Of a stretch of 64,000 nt of DNA, positions 18,239 to 28,410 are shown one piece after another (position 1 is the first letter of the stretch; each line of letters begins with the position of its first letter). This stretch comes from an uncultured Chloroflexia bacterium (GTDB lineage: Bacteria; Chloroflexota; Limnocylindria; Limnocylindrales; CSP1-4). The translations under genes and the position numbers were made by a program. The stretch spans positions 32,001 through 96,000 of the forward strand of contig CAVVCZ010000005.1 of NCBI GenBank assembly GCA_963746845.1, given 5' to 3'. The notes under the pieces are model-generated. The model saw nothing but the letters and a program-made list of their open reading frames with translations, was not told the origin of the DNA and searched no databases.

Positions 18239-19465
18239 ATGACCCCAGTCCTCGGGCTTCGCGCCAACGCGGGCCAGTTCGCCCTGCTGGTCGGCGTGAA
18301 CGCCCTCGTGGGCGGGATGATCGGGCAGGAACGGACCGTCGTGCCGCTTCTGGCCGCCGACGTGTTCGGCCTGACCGGGTTCATCTCGGCGTTGACCTTC
18401 GTGGTCGCGTTCGGGCTCACGAAGGCGTTCACGAACCTCGCAGCGGGCGCCCTCGTGGACCGGTATGGTCGGAAGCCCGTCCTCGTCGCCGGCTGGCTGG
18501 TCGGGCTGCCCGTCCCGCTCCTGATCATCCTGGCGCCGGACTGGTCGTGGATCGTCGTCGCCAACATCCTGCTCGGCCTGAACCAGGGACTGACCTGGTC
18601 CACGACGGTGATCATGAAGATCGACCTCGTGGGTCCCGTGCGACGAGGCCTGGCGACTGGCCTCAACGAGGCAGCCGGCTACGGAGCGGTCGCCCTGACC
18701 GCGCTCGCGACGGGCTGGATCGCCGCGGCGTCCGGGCTGCGACCGGAGCCGTTCCTCCTCGGGATGGCCTATGCCGTGCTCGGCCTGGGTGCGTCCGTCC
18801 TGCTCGTCCACGAGACGCGCGGTCACGTCGACCTCGAGCAGCGCCAGCTCGACCGGCCCGCAGCCCCGGCCTGGCGCGAGGTGTTCTGGCGAACCACGTT
18901 CCACGATCCGAGCCTCTCCGCCGCGTCCCAGGCCGGTCTCGTGAACAACCTCAACGATGCGATGGCGTGGGGGCTGCTCCCGCTGTTCTACGCAGCGGCA
19001 GGGCTGGCGATCGGCGAGATCGGGATCCTCGCGGCCACCTACCCGGCGGTCTGGGCCATCGCGCAGGTGGGAACCGGTGCCCTTTCCGATCAGACGGGTC
19101 GGAAGCCGCTGATCGTCGGCGGGATGCTGCTGCAGGCCGGGGCGATCGCCGGGATCGCGGTCGGGTCGACCTTCACCGTCTGGATGGTCGCCGCAGCCGC
19201 GCTCGGGCTCGGAACCGCCATGGTCTACCCCACGCTGCTGGCCGCGGTGGCGGATGTCGCCGATCCAGCCTGGCGCGGCTCGGCCATCGGCGTCTACCGG
19301 TTGTGGCGCGACCTCGGGTTCGCGATCGGCGCGATCCTCACGGGCGTCATCGCCGACGGGTTCGGCATGCCGGCGGCCATCGTCGCGGTGGCGGCCGTGA
19401 CGGCCGGGTCCGGCGTGGTCGTGCTCCTGCGCATGCAGGAGACGAGGCCTCGCGGTCCAGGCTGA
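18239..19465 (+). CDS. MFS transporter
   Basis: GALVDRYGRKPVL and GALSDQTGRKPLI motif A copies, about 12 TMs. Confidence 0.9.
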   Translation: MTPVLGLRANAGQFALLVGVNALVGGMIGQERTVVPLLAADVFGLTGFISALTFVVAFGLTKAFTNLAAGALVDRYGRKPVLVAGWLVGLPVPLLIILAPDWSWIVVANILLGLNQGLTWSTTVIMKIDLVGPVRRGLATGLNEAAGYGAVALTALATGWIAAASGLRPEPFLLGMAYAVLGLGASVLLVHETRGHVDLEQRQLDRPAAPAWREVFWRTTFHDPSLSAASQAGLVNNLNDAMAWGLLPLFYAAAGLAIGEIGILAATYPAVWAIAQVGTGALSDQTGRKPLIVGGMLLQAGAIAGIAVGSTFTVWMVAAAALGLGTAMVYPTLLAAVADVADPAWRGSAIGVYRLWRDLGFAIGAILTGVIADGFGMPAAIVAVAAVTAGSGVVVLLRMQETRPRGPG

Positions 19466-19587
19466 CCGCACGACCCATGACCACCCCTGCCGACACGATT
19501 GACACGCAGGGGGCGCCTGCCATCGTCGATCATTGGACCATCCGCCACACGACCGAGCAGGCGGGTCGACCGTCACCGGAGTCACCA

Positions 19588-21090
19588 ATGACGACCATCA
19601 TCCCCCGCTGGGAGTGGCGGACCTTCGGGCACCGCTACCCGATGGCGGACCCCGTGTTCGACGCCGAGACGCCGAGCGCGACCGCGACCAGCGATGAGAC
19701 CTACTTCCTGTCGCCGACCGGGGCGAACGTCAAGCTCCGCGACGCGCTGATGGACATCAAGGTTCTGCGCGAGACCGACGGCGATGGGCTCGAGCGCTGG
19801 GAGCCGATCCTCAAGGCCGCGTTCCCGCTGTCGGCGGCGGATCTCGCGACGGTTCTCGCGAGCCTCGGGGCTGCGCCGGTCGCGGACGGCGACGGCGTCT
19901 CCCTGGAACGATTCCGCGAGATCATCGCCGCGGAACCGTCCGTCCGACCGGTCGACGTCCACAAGCTGCGGGTCCGCTACACGATCGGCGGCTGCATGGC
20001 GGAGCGCGACGAGATCTCGGCGAACGGACGGAGCACCCTCTCGATCGCCGTCGAATCGACCGATCGCGCCGCCGTTCTGGCCGCCGTCGAGACCCTCGGG
20101 CTCGAGGATTTCCTCAACGTCAACTACCTGATCGGGATCGCTGCATTGATCGACGACGTGCCCGCGCGGTTCGCCGTCATCGATGTCGGCACGAACTCGG
20201 TCAAGTTCAACATCGGCGCATTTGGGCCCGACGGGACCCCGCGGACGGTCGTCGACCGGGCCGAGGTGACCCGGCTCGGCGAGGGGATGGCCGCCGACGG
20301 CGCGATCCGACCCGAGGCGCTGGAGCGGACCGTCGACGCGATCGCCGGCATGGTCGAGGAGGCGAAGCGGGCTCACGTCCATGCGATCGCGGCCGTCGGG
20401 ACCGAGGGCCTCCGCCAGGCGAGCAACCAGGCCGAGGTCCTGGCGGCCATCAAGTCCCGGACCGGCCTGCGGATCCGCGTCATCGCGGGTGACGAGGAGG
20501 GCCGACTCGCGTACCTCGCCGCCAAGGGTGGCGTCGGGCTGGTCGAGGGTCCGCTCGTCGTGTTCGACACCGGTGGCGGCAGCTCGCAGTTCACCTTCGG
20601 CGAAGGCGCCCGTGTGGACGAGCGCTTCAGCGTTCCCGTCGGCGCGGCCCGCTTCACCGAGCAGTTCCGCCTCGACCGCAAGGTCTCCGAGGCGACCGTC
20701 GGCGAGGCGATGGCGGCGATCGCCGCCGCCCTGGACCGCATCGACGGCCGACCACGCCCGAGCCTTCTCATCGGGATGGGCGGTGCGATCACGAACATCA
20801 CGGCGGTGAAGCACGGCCTCACGACCTACGATCCGGATGTCGTCCAGGGGACGATCCTGGATCGGGCGGAGATCGACCGTCAGATCGAGCTCTATCGGAC
20901 CCGCGACGCCGACGAGCGGCGATCGATCCCGGGTCTCCAGCCGAAGCGTGCCGAGGTGATCCTGGCCGGGGCGTGCATCGTCCGCACGGTGATGGAGATG
21001 CTCGGCCAGGACAGCCTCGTCGTCAGCGACCGTGGGCTCCGACACGGGTTGCAGGTGGAACGATTCGGAGCACTGGAGGCAGACGAATGA
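19588..21090 (+). CDS. Ppx/GppA-family phosphatase with an N-terminal CYTH-like domain
   Basis: C-terminal AVIDVGTNSVK, TRLGEG, GDEEGRLAY, FDTGGGSSQ and SDRGLRHG. The N-terminal ~185 aa (RWEWRTF..DETYFLS..NVKLR..VHKLRVRY..AVES) resemble a triphosphate tunnel fold. Confidence 0.85.
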   Translation: MTTIIPRWEWRTFGHRYPMADPVFDAETPSATATSDETYFLSPTGANVKLRDALMDIKVLRETDGDGLERWEPILKAAFPLSAADLATVLASLGAAPVADGDGVSLERFREIIAAEPSVRPVDVHKLRVRYTIGGCMAERDEISANGRSTLSIAVESTDRAAVLAAVETLGLEDFLNVNYLIGIAALIDDVPARFAVIDVGTNSVKFNIGAFGPDGTPRTVVDRAEVTRLGEGMAADGAIRPEALERTVDAIAGMVEEAKRAHVHAIAAVGTEGLRQASNQAEVLAAIKSRTGLRIRVIAGDEEGRLAYLAAKGGVGLVEGPLVVFDTGGGSSQFTFGEGARVDERFSVPVGAARFTEQFRLDRKVSEATVGEAMAAIAAALDRIDGRPRPSLLIGMGGAITNITAVKHGLTTYDPDVVQGTILDRAEIDRQIELYRTRDADERRSIPGLQPKRAEVILAGACIVRTVMEMLGQDSLVVSDRGLRHGLQVERFGALEADE

Positions 21091-22061
21091 CAGGCCCCAC
21101 GACACCGAAGGCGACACCACGCGCGAGACGGGCGACCGGGTCGACCCGGGCCGGCAGGCCGGCCGCGCCGCCGGCGCTGACCGCTGATGACCTCGCGAAG
21201 GTCTTCGGCCTGCTGAAGGGCGCCGACACCGCCGAGCTGAAGGTCTCCGTCCCGAGCCCGGCGCAACGCTCGACGATCACGGGCCTGCCGATCGACCCGG
21301 TCGAGGCGCAGCCCCGTCAGGTGTTCTTCTTCGATACCCCGGACCTCGCCCTGAACAAGGCCGGGATCGTCGTCCGCGCACGCCGGGTGCAGGGCGGTCG
21401 GGGGGACACCGTCGTCAAGCTGCGACCGGTCGTGCCCGCAGAGCTGCCGAAGGAGCTCCGGCTGTCCGGGGCGCTCACGGTCGAGGTCGATGTCGTCCCC
21501 GGCGGCTTCGTCTGCTCGGCCTCCTTCAAGGGTCGGACCACCGGGGAGGACATCGCCGCGGCCGTCACGGGGCAGATCCCGTTGCGGAAGATCTTCTCGA
21601 AGGAGCAGCGGGCGTTCTTCGCCGAGCGGGCCCCGGCCGGGATCGACCTCGACTCCCTGTCGATCCTCGGGCCGACCTTCATCCTCAAGACCACGTTCAC
21701 TCCGGACGAGCTCCGCCGGCGCATCGTCGCGGAGATGTGGCTCTATCCCGACGGCTCGCGGATCCTCGAGCTCTCGACCAAGTGCCTCCCGAACGAGGCC
21801 TTCCAGGTCGCCGCCGAAGCCCGTGCCTACCTCGCCAGTCGCGGCATCAAGGTGGGCAGCGGGCAGCAGCAGACGAAGACGCGAGCGGCCCTCGATTTCT
21901 ATGTCAAGGAGCTCCGGAAGGCCGCGGCGCCGACCCGCGGACGGCGCCGGGGGGACGCGAGCCGTTCGACGACCACGCGGTCGACAACGACGCGGGCCCG
22001 GCAGTCGACCGCGCCGACCCCGGCGGTGCGCCCGAGGACGGGGCCGACGACGCCGTCCTGA
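21087..22061 (+). CDS. CYTH/triphosphate-tunnel-like protein
   Basis: AELKVSV (ExK), VFFFDTPDLAL, VVRARR, TVVKLRP and ILELSTK, with basic low-complexity termini. ATGA coupling. Confidence 0.75.
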   Translation: MTGPTTPKATPRARRATGSTRAGRPAAPPALTADDLAKVFGLLKGADTAELKVSVPSPAQRSTITGLPIDPVEAQPRQVFFFDTPDLALNKAGIVVRARRVQGGRGDTVVKLRPVVPAELPKELRLSGALTVEVDVVPGGFVCSASFKGRTTGEDIAAAVTGQIPLRKIFSKEQRAFFAERAPAGIDLDSLSILGPTFILKTTFTPDELRRRIVAEMWLYPDGSRILELSTKCLPNEAFQVAAEARAYLASRGIKVGSGQQQTKTRAALDFYVKELRKAAAPTRGRRRGDASRSTTTRSTTTRARQSTAPTPAVRPRTGPTTPS

Positions 22062-22163
22062 GGCGAGGCGACCCGAACTCGCCTCCAACCCGCGCAACAT
22101 TCGCTCGCGACGCGCGTCTTCCGACCACACGGCCGCGAAGACCGTGTCACGAGGGAGTCGACG

Positions 22164-23351
22164 ATGCGCGCCTTGTCCGGCCGCCTGCTCGCCAGCGCAG
22201 CGGCGATCGCCATCCTTGCCACGGCGTGTGGTGGATCGCCGGCTCCGGCGGCATCACCGCCGGCCTCGAGCGGGCTGACCCCGTCCGCCGCGGCGGCTCC
22301 CGCGTCGCTCGCTCCAACGCCGTCCGCGACCACCACAGTCACGACGTCGGCGATCATCGCGAAGCTCGGACGGCCGGACTTCACGCTCGTGGCCGACCTG
22401 ACCGGGTCGATCGCGGCGAATGCGGTGTCGTTCCCGATCAGTGGTCACCTCGAATCCGCCGGCAACGACTCGTCGACCCTCCTCATCACGAAGATGCCGA
22501 ACGGCGACCAGCGCAACGAGACCGTCACCGTCGGCGGGACGACCTGGCGGCGCAACCTCGAGAACGGTCCATGGGTCGAGGAAGCGGCCACGACGACCGC
22601 CGACACAGGCCTCGCGAGCTCCCTGTCGACGCTCACGAAGCTCGAGGACGAGGGCACGACGACGGTCGACGGCCGGGTGCTCCACCGGTTCGGGACGCCC
22701 GCCGGCAGCCTGACGAAGGCGGACCTCGACATCAGCGTGCCGGACATCTCGGCCTTCCGCGGGACCCTGACCCTGCTCGTCGACGACGAGGCGGACCTCC
22801 GGGGCATCGACGTCCAGGCGAGCTGGGCGCAGCCGTCCGGCACGACCTCGATCGACGTCGACATGACGATGCAATTCAAGGTGCTGTCGGGGGCCCCGTC
22901 GATCGAGAAGCCCGAGTTCCCGTGGAAGCGCTTCGTCTCGAAGGCCAACGGCATGTCGATCGCGTATCCCGCGACGTTCACGGCGTTGCCCGAGCGCCCC
23001 GGGGTCCCGGTCCTGATCAGCCTGTCGACCACGGACTACATCTCGATGGCCCGGGAGCCCCAGCCGAAGGGCGTCACGCTGGACGCATACGTCAAGGCCT
23101 ACGAGGACAGCTGGAAGCAGGTCAAGAAGGTCAGCCCCGAGTTCCGGACGACCGGACCGATGGGCTCGCTCCCGGGTGTCTACGAGACGTACCACGCGAA
23201 GCTCATCAACACGGACAGCTACATCGTCGTCGGCCTGACCGTCAGTGGGCGGAACGGCTACTTCGTCACGCTCAACACGGTGCCCGGCAACGAGGACAAC
23301 GCCAACGCGGTCTTCGAGGCGATGGCGACGACGCTCGAGCTCAACTCGTAG
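22164..23351 (+). CDS. Lipoprotein (LppX/LolA-like N-terminal domain plus PsbP-like C-terminal domain, tentative)
   Basis: Signal peptide ending LATAC-GG, then an Ala/Pro/Ser linker and beta-rich domains. Confidence 0.65.
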   Translation: MRALSGRLLASAAAIAILATACGGSPAPAASPPASSGLTPSAAAAPASLAPTPSATTTVTTSAIIAKLGRPDFTLVADLTGSIAANAVSFPISGHLESAGNDSSTLLITKMPNGDQRNETVTVGGTTWRRNLENGPWVEEAATTTADTGLASSLSTLTKLEDEGTTTVDGRVLHRFGTPAGSLTKADLDISVPDISAFRGTLTLLVDDEADLRGIDVQASWAQPSGTTSIDVDMTMQFKVLSGAPSIEKPEFPWKRFVSKANGMSIAYPATFTALPERPGVPVLISLSTTDYISMAREPQPKGVTLDAYVKAYEDSWKQVKKVSPEFRTTGPMGSLPGVYETYHAKLINTDSYIVVGLTVSGRNGYFVTLNTVPGNEDNANAVFEAMATTLELNS

Positions 23352-23378
23352 GGCCGGGCCGGCGACGACGGCGCGCGG

Positions 23379-24137
23379 TCAGGCGGTCGGCCGGCCCCCG
23401 TACCGCGCGTTCGGCGGCTCGAGGATCGCCCGCTGGCGCTCGGTCAGGCCGGGGTACCGATCGCGGTCGTAGAACCGCGCCGACCACGCGATCGGGTGCG
23501 GGTTGTACTTCATGAACACCGTCCGCCGCTCGCCGGTGCCGCGCCACGGCAGGGTGCCGTGGGACATCGCCTCGGTGAACACGATCGCCGTGCCGGCCGC
23601 GCCGGTGACGGGGGTCACGAACGAGCGGGGCGGGTCGACCTCGAGCTCCTTCCAGTCCTCCGGCAGCGCGAAGTTCGCCTTGTGGCTGCCGGCGACGCCG
23701 GCGAACCCACCGTCGCCCGGGTTCACGTCGCGCAGGTTGTAGGCGACGACGACGAGCCCCGAGCGGATCGCGCCGTCATGGACGGCGTAGGACTGGCCGG
23801 CATCGAACGGGGTGGCGCCGCCGTGGAGCCTCGTCCCGATCGGACCCCTGCCCCGCCGGATCAGGTCGGCGTAGTCGTGGTCCAGCCGGAACCCGGCGCC
23901 GAGGATCGCCTCGAGGACATCCGTGACCCTCGGGTTGTCGATCAGGTTCAGCCAGGCCGGTCCCCATTCGAGGATGTCGCCGAACCGGTGGCTGTTCGCG
24001 TCCGGGGCGACGTCGGCCGCGACGCGGCGGTCGAACTCGGCGTTCAGCTCGGCGACCCGGCCCGGGTCGAGGGCGCCCGGGATCGTGATCCAGCCCTGCA
24101 GGTCGAACAGGTAGCGCTGGTCGTCGTCCAACGTCAC
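23379..24137 (-). CDS. Phytanoyl-CoA dioxygenase (PhyH)-family Fe/2OG oxygenase
   Basis: QRYLFDLQGW, LHGG, GGFAGVAGSHK and AGTAIVFTEAMSHGTLPW..ERR motifs. Confidence 0.82.
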   Translation of the reverse strand: MTLDDDQRYLFDLQGWITIPGALDPGRVAELNAEFDRRVAADVAPDANSHRFGDILEWGPAWLNLIDNPRVTDVLEAILGAGFRLDHDYADLIRRGRGPIGTRLHGGATPFDAGQSYAVHDGAIRSGLVVVAYNLRDVNPGDGGFAGVAGSHKANFALPEDWKELEVDPPRSFVTPVTGAAGTAIVFTEAMSHGTLPWRGTGERRTVFMKYNPHPIAWSARFYDRDRYPGLTERQRAILEPPNARYGGRPTA

Positions 24138-24141
24138 GCCG

Positions 24142-24531
24142 TCAGCCCTTGCGCTCCAGGATCGGGCGGGCCTTGTCCGGGTCGTCGACGACGAACGCGA
24201 ACATCGCCCGGTCGCCCCACCGGCCGAGGAAGAGGTGGCCGTAGATGTTGACGCCGGCGTCGGCCAGCTCGCGTGACAGACGCGCCATGCCGCCGGGCCG
24301 GTCATCGACCTCGGTCAGGATCGACTCGCCCTCGATGAACGTGTAGCCGCCGTCCTGGAGGACGGCGCGGGCCGCGTCGTCGTCGGCGGTCGTCATGATG
24401 ATGTGGCCGGACCCGCCGATCCCGCCGCCCCCGATCGCGCGGAGGTCGATCCCGCGCGCGGCCAGCATCTCGGCGAGGTTGGCGAGGGCGCCGGGTTCGT
24501 TCTTCAGCTCGACGACGAACTGGTTGGCCAT
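24142..24531 (-). CDS. Tandem ACT-domain protein
   Basis: VELKNEPGALANLAEMLAARGIDL and DDRPGGMARLSRELADAGVNI repeats. Confidence 0.88.
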   Translation of the reverse strand: MANQFVVELKNEPGALANLAEMLAARGIDLRAIGGGGIGGSGHIIMTTADDDAARAVLQDGGYTFIEGESILTEVDDRPGGMARLSRELADAGVNIYGHLFLGRWGDRAMFAFVVDDPDKARPILERKG

Positions 24532-24608
24532 CGGGGACCCTCCGGGGCACGGGCCGCGTGCACGGTCGTTGGTTGCCCGGGGATTTTAGTCGTTGCCCGG
24601 GCGCCGGC

Positions 24609-26090
24609 TCAGCCCCGGCGGATCCGGACCGCGCGCTCGTACAGCTCCGCGTAGCGGGGTGCGGAGCCCCGGTCCCAGTCGAAGTCGACCGCCATCCCCC
24701 GGCCGATCAGCGCGTCCCACGTGGGGCCGCCACGCGCCCGCAACGCGATCGCGGCCTCGCATGCCTCGGCCAGAGCGTCCGGTGTCGCGTCGTCGAAGAC
24801 GAAGCCAGTCCCCGTCCCGGGCCGCGTTCGCTGGTCGACGACGGTGTCGGCCAGGCCACCCGTCCGGCGGACGACCGGCGGCGTCCCGTACCGGAGCGAG
24901 ATCATCTGGCCGGTCCCGCACGGCTCGAACCGCGACGGCATCAGGAAGAAGTCGGCGCCGGCATAAATCCGGCGGGCCATCGCCCGGTCGAACCGCTCGA
25001 CGAGCGCCACGCGATCCGGTTGCGCCGCGGCGAGGTCCCGGAGCGCCGCCGCGATCGATCGGTCGCCGGAGCCCTGGACGACGATCCGGGCACCCGCGCC
25101 CACGAGCCGCGGCGCGGCAGCGGCGAGCAGGTCGAACCCCTTCTGCGGATCCAGCCGCCCGATCATCCCCAGGACGGCGCCGTCGTCCGCGGGGTCGAAC
25201 CCGAGCCGCGTCAGGAGGTCCGCCCGACAGGCGGCCCGGCCGCTCCGGTCCGCGACGGAGTACGGCGCGGCGAGGTCCGCGTCGGTCGCCGGGTCCCAGA
25301 GGACGGTGTCGAGCCCGTTGACGATCCCGACGAACCGGTCGCCCTTCGCCCGGAGGGCATCGTCGAGCCCGAACCCGCGCTCCGGCGTCAGCGACTCGCG
25401 GGCGAACCCGGGGCTGACGGTGTTGGCGACCTCGGAGCGGACGATCGCCTCCCGGATGAGGTCGACCCCGTGGGCGTCCTCCGGGATCACGCCGCCACCC
25501 GGGACGAGCCCGAGCTGGCGGACGAGCGCCCGGTCCGTCCAGCCGTGGTATGCGAGGTTGTGGAGCGTGACCACCAGCGCCGCTCGCCCGATGACCGGAT
25601 CGTCGGCGAGCCAGGCGTCGCGCTGGATCGCGGCCGGTCCGCCGTGCCAGTCGTGGATGTGGAGGACGTCGACCGGTCGATCGCCCTCCGTGCGGAGCGT
25701 CTCGAGCGCCGCCCGGCAGAGCAGGCCGAACCGCCACGCGTTGTCGCCGAAGTCGCCGCCGGTCGGCGGCCCATACATCCCGTCCCGGTCGAAGGCCGCC
25801 GGGTGATCGACGAGTCGGAGTCGGTAGCCGTTCGCGGCGACGTCGACGATCCGGAGCTCGGTCGTGCCGTCCGGGGCGAGCGCATCCGGCACGCGCACGG
25901 TCCGGCCGCCGGCCGTCCCGTCGGGGACGACGACGCTCCGGTATCGGGGCAGGAAGACATCGACCGGCGCGTCGATGGCCGCCGGGAGCCGGCCGAGGCT
26001 CCGCGACAGCGCGTCGACGACGTCGCCCAGCCCGCCGGTCTTGGCCCACGGCTCGCACTCGGCGGCGATCATCGCGACGCGCAGCGGCAT
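24609..26090 (-). CDS. glgA: Glycogen/starch synthase (GT5)
   Basis: AECEPWAKTGGLGDV (KTGGL), HIHDWH, TLHNLAY, RLDPQKG, PSRFEPCG and TGGLADTV. Confidence 0.95.
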   Translation of the reverse strand: MPLRVAMIAAECEPWAKTGGLGDVVDALSRSLGRLPAAIDAPVDVFLPRYRSVVVPDGTAGGRTVRVPDALAPDGTTELRIVDVAANGYRLRLVDHPAAFDRDGMYGPPTGGDFGDNAWRFGLLCRAALETLRTEGDRPVDVLHIHDWHGGPAAIQRDAWLADDPVIGRAALVVTLHNLAYHGWTDRALVRQLGLVPGGGVIPEDAHGVDLIREAIVRSEVANTVSPGFARESLTPERGFGLDDALRAKGDRFVGIVNGLDTVLWDPATDADLAAPYSVADRSGRAACRADLLTRLGFDPADDGAVLGMIGRLDPQKGFDLLAAAAPRLVGAGARIVVQGSGDRSIAAALRDLAAAQPDRVALVERFDRAMARRIYAGADFFLMPSRFEPCGTGQMISLRYGTPPVVRRTGGLADTVVDQRTRPGTGTGFVFDDATPDALAEACEAAIALRARGGPTWDALIGRGMAVDFDWDRGSAPRYAELYERAVRIRRG

Positions 26091-26135
26091 CGGGCCATCG
26101 TAGACGGCTCCCGGGCCCGCGTTGCGCCCGTCGTT

Positions 26136-26147
26136 TGAACCGGTTCA
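26136..26147. promoter_or_regulatory. LacI-type palindromic operator between glgA and glgP
   Basis: TGAACCGGTTCA shares the AACCGGTT core with the two sites upstream of the LacI gene. Confidence 0.65.
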
Positions 26148-26178
26148 CCGCCCAAACCAGCGGCTATCATGCGTGGCC

Positions 26179-28401
26179 ATGCCGTCGCGCATCCTCATCC
26201 CGACGCTGCCGGGCGCGTCGTTCCGCCTCCCGCCGCAGCTCGAGGGGCTCCGTCCGCTCGCCTACAACCTGTACTGGGCGTGGCACCCACGCGCACGGAT
26301 GATCTGGAGCCGGGTCGACCGGGCGACGTGGACCCGCCATCGCAACCCGATCCCGGTCCTCAGCGGGCCGGTCGACTGGACCCGCCTCCTCGACGACACG
26401 AGCTTCATGGTCGACGTCCGGGCCGTTCTCCGCGACTTCGAGCGGTACATGTCGAACGGCGCGGACCGCTGGTTCGAGCGCCACCATGCGGGCTCGCTGC
26501 CCGGGCCCATCGCCTACTTCTGCGCCGAGTACGGGCTGTCGGAGGCGCTCGGGATCTACTCCGGCGGTCTCGGGGTCCTGGCCGGCGACCACATGAAGAC
26601 GACGTCGGACATGGCGCTGCCGTTCGTCGGCGTCGGGCTCCTGTATCGCCACGGGTACTTCCACCAGACGATCGACGCCGACGGTCACCAGGAGCACCAG
26701 TATCCGGACTACGACATGCGCACCTGGCCCATCGGACGGGTCCAGGGTCGCGATGGCGAGCCGCTGAAGGTCACCGTGGCGCTCCCGGGCCGCGACCTGC
26801 AGGTCGCCGTCTGGTCGGTCCAGGTGGGCCGGACGCCGGTCCTCCTCCTCGACACCGACATCCCGGAGAACGACGACGCCGACCGGCCGATCTCGAACAT
26901 CCTGTACGTCCGCGGCCGGGAGATGCGCCTCCACCAGGAGCTCGTCCTCGGCGTCGGCGGCGTCCGGGTGCTCCGGGCCCTCGGCATCGAGCCGGCGGTC
27001 TGGCACCTGAACGAGGGCCACTCGGCGTTCCTGCTCGCGGAGCGCGCGCGAGAGTTCGTTGCGTCGGGCGACGAGCTGGCCGCGGCCTGGGACAAGGTCC
27101 GCCGCGACAGCGTCTTCACGATCCACACCCCGGTCTCCGCGGGGAACGAACGCTTCGCCGCGGACCTCGTCAAACGGATCGCGGGACCGCTCCTCGACGG
27201 CGACGGCCGGGCCCAGACGGGCGGCGTCCCCATCGACGCGGTGCTGGACCTCGGCATCGGCCCCGAGGGCGACCGGTCCGTCTTCGACATGACCGGGTTC
27301 TCGCTCCGGCTCACGCACGACGCGAACGCCGTCAGCCAGCTCCACGCGACGACCGCGGACGCCACGTGGGCGGGCATCTCGCCGCATCGGATCCGGGGTG
27401 TCACGAACGGCATCCACGTCCCGTCGTGGACCGGCAACGCCGTGGGCGAGACGCTCGGCCGTGAGCTCGACGCGAACCTCGACGACCTCGACGAGGAGGG
27501 CGCGGTCGGGGCGTTCTGGGATCGGCTCTCGGAGGTCTCGACTGCGGACCTGTGGGAGACGCACCAGCGCGAGAAGCTCGAGCTGGCGATCTTCGCCCGC
27601 CGCCGGCTACGGGTCCAGTTCGCCCGGCACGGCGAGGCGCCGAGCGTCCTCGATGACCTCGAGTCGGCCCTGGACCCGGACATGCTGACGATCGGGTTCG
27701 CCCGGCGGTTCGCGACCTACAAGCGCGCCGGGCTGCTCTTCTCCGATCTCGACCGGCTCAGCCGGATCCTGTGGGACGCGGACCGACCGGTCCAGATCGT
27801 CTACGCCGGCAAGGCGCACCCGGCGGACCGGCCCGGCCAGGGGGTGATCCAGGAGATCTTCACGCGATCCCGTTCGGAGAAGCTGCGCGGCCGGGTCTTC
27901 ATCCTCGAGGACTACGACATGCGGATCGCCCGCTACCTGGTCGCGGGCGTGGATGTCTGGCTCAACAACCCGCGCCGGCCCCTCGAGGCATCCGGCACGA
28001 GCGGGATGAAGGCCGGGGTCAACGGCGTCGTCAACGTCAGCGTCCTCGACGGCTGGTGGGACGAGGGCTGGACCGGCGACAACGGCTGGGCGATCGGCGG
28101 CCGGGAGACGAACCCGGACGAGGGCGCCCAGGACTGGTCGGACGTGCAGAACCTGTACCGGCTGCTCGAGGAGGAGATCGTCCCGCGCTACTACGAGCGC
28201 GACGCGGACGGGCTGCCCGTGGCATGGGTCGACCTCATGCGGCGCTCGATGGCATCCACGATCTGGCGCTTTTCGACGACGCGGATGCTCCACGACTACG
28301 TCGAGCAGATGTACCTCCCGGCCGCGGAGGCAGGTCAGGAGGATGTCGTCCCGGACGGCGCGGGCGCGTCGTCGGTCCTTCCGTCCACGAAGCGGGGCTG
28401 A
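26179..28401 (+). CDS. glgP: Alpha-glucan (glycogen/maltodextrin) phosphorylase
   Basis: YSGGLGVLAGD, HLNEGH, GFARRFATYKR, GKAHPAD and EASGTSGMK (PLP lysine). Confidence 0.95.
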   Translation: MPSRILIPTLPGASFRLPPQLEGLRPLAYNLYWAWHPRARMIWSRVDRATWTRHRNPIPVLSGPVDWTRLLDDTSFMVDVRAVLRDFERYMSNGADRWFERHHAGSLPGPIAYFCAEYGLSEALGIYSGGLGVLAGDHMKTTSDMALPFVGVGLLYRHGYFHQTIDADGHQEHQYPDYDMRTWPIGRVQGRDGEPLKVTVALPGRDLQVAVWSVQVGRTPVLLLDTDIPENDDADRPISNILYVRGREMRLHQELVLGVGGVRVLRALGIEPAVWHLNEGHSAFLLAERAREFVASGDELAAAWDKVRRDSVFTIHTPVSAGNERFAADLVKRIAGPLLDGDGRAQTGGVPIDAVLDLGIGPEGDRSVFDMTGFSLRLTHDANAVSQLHATTADATWAGISPHRIRGVTNGIHVPSWTGNAVGETLGRELDANLDDLDEEGAVGAFWDRLSEVSTADLWETHQREKLELAIFARRRLRVQFARHGEAPSVLDDLESALDPDMLTIGFARRFATYKRAGLLFSDLDRLSRILWDADRPVQIVYAGKAHPADRPGQGVIQEIFTRSRSEKLRGRVFILEDYDMRIARYLVAGVDVWLNNPRRPLEASGTSGMKAGVNGVVNVSVLDGWWDEGWTGDNGWAIGGRETNPDEGAQDWSDVQNLYRLLEEEIVPRYYERDADGLPVAWVDLMRRSMASTIWRFSTTRMLHDYVEQMYLPAAEAGQEDVVPDGAGASSVLPSTKRG

Positions 28402-28410
28402 TCCGACCGG

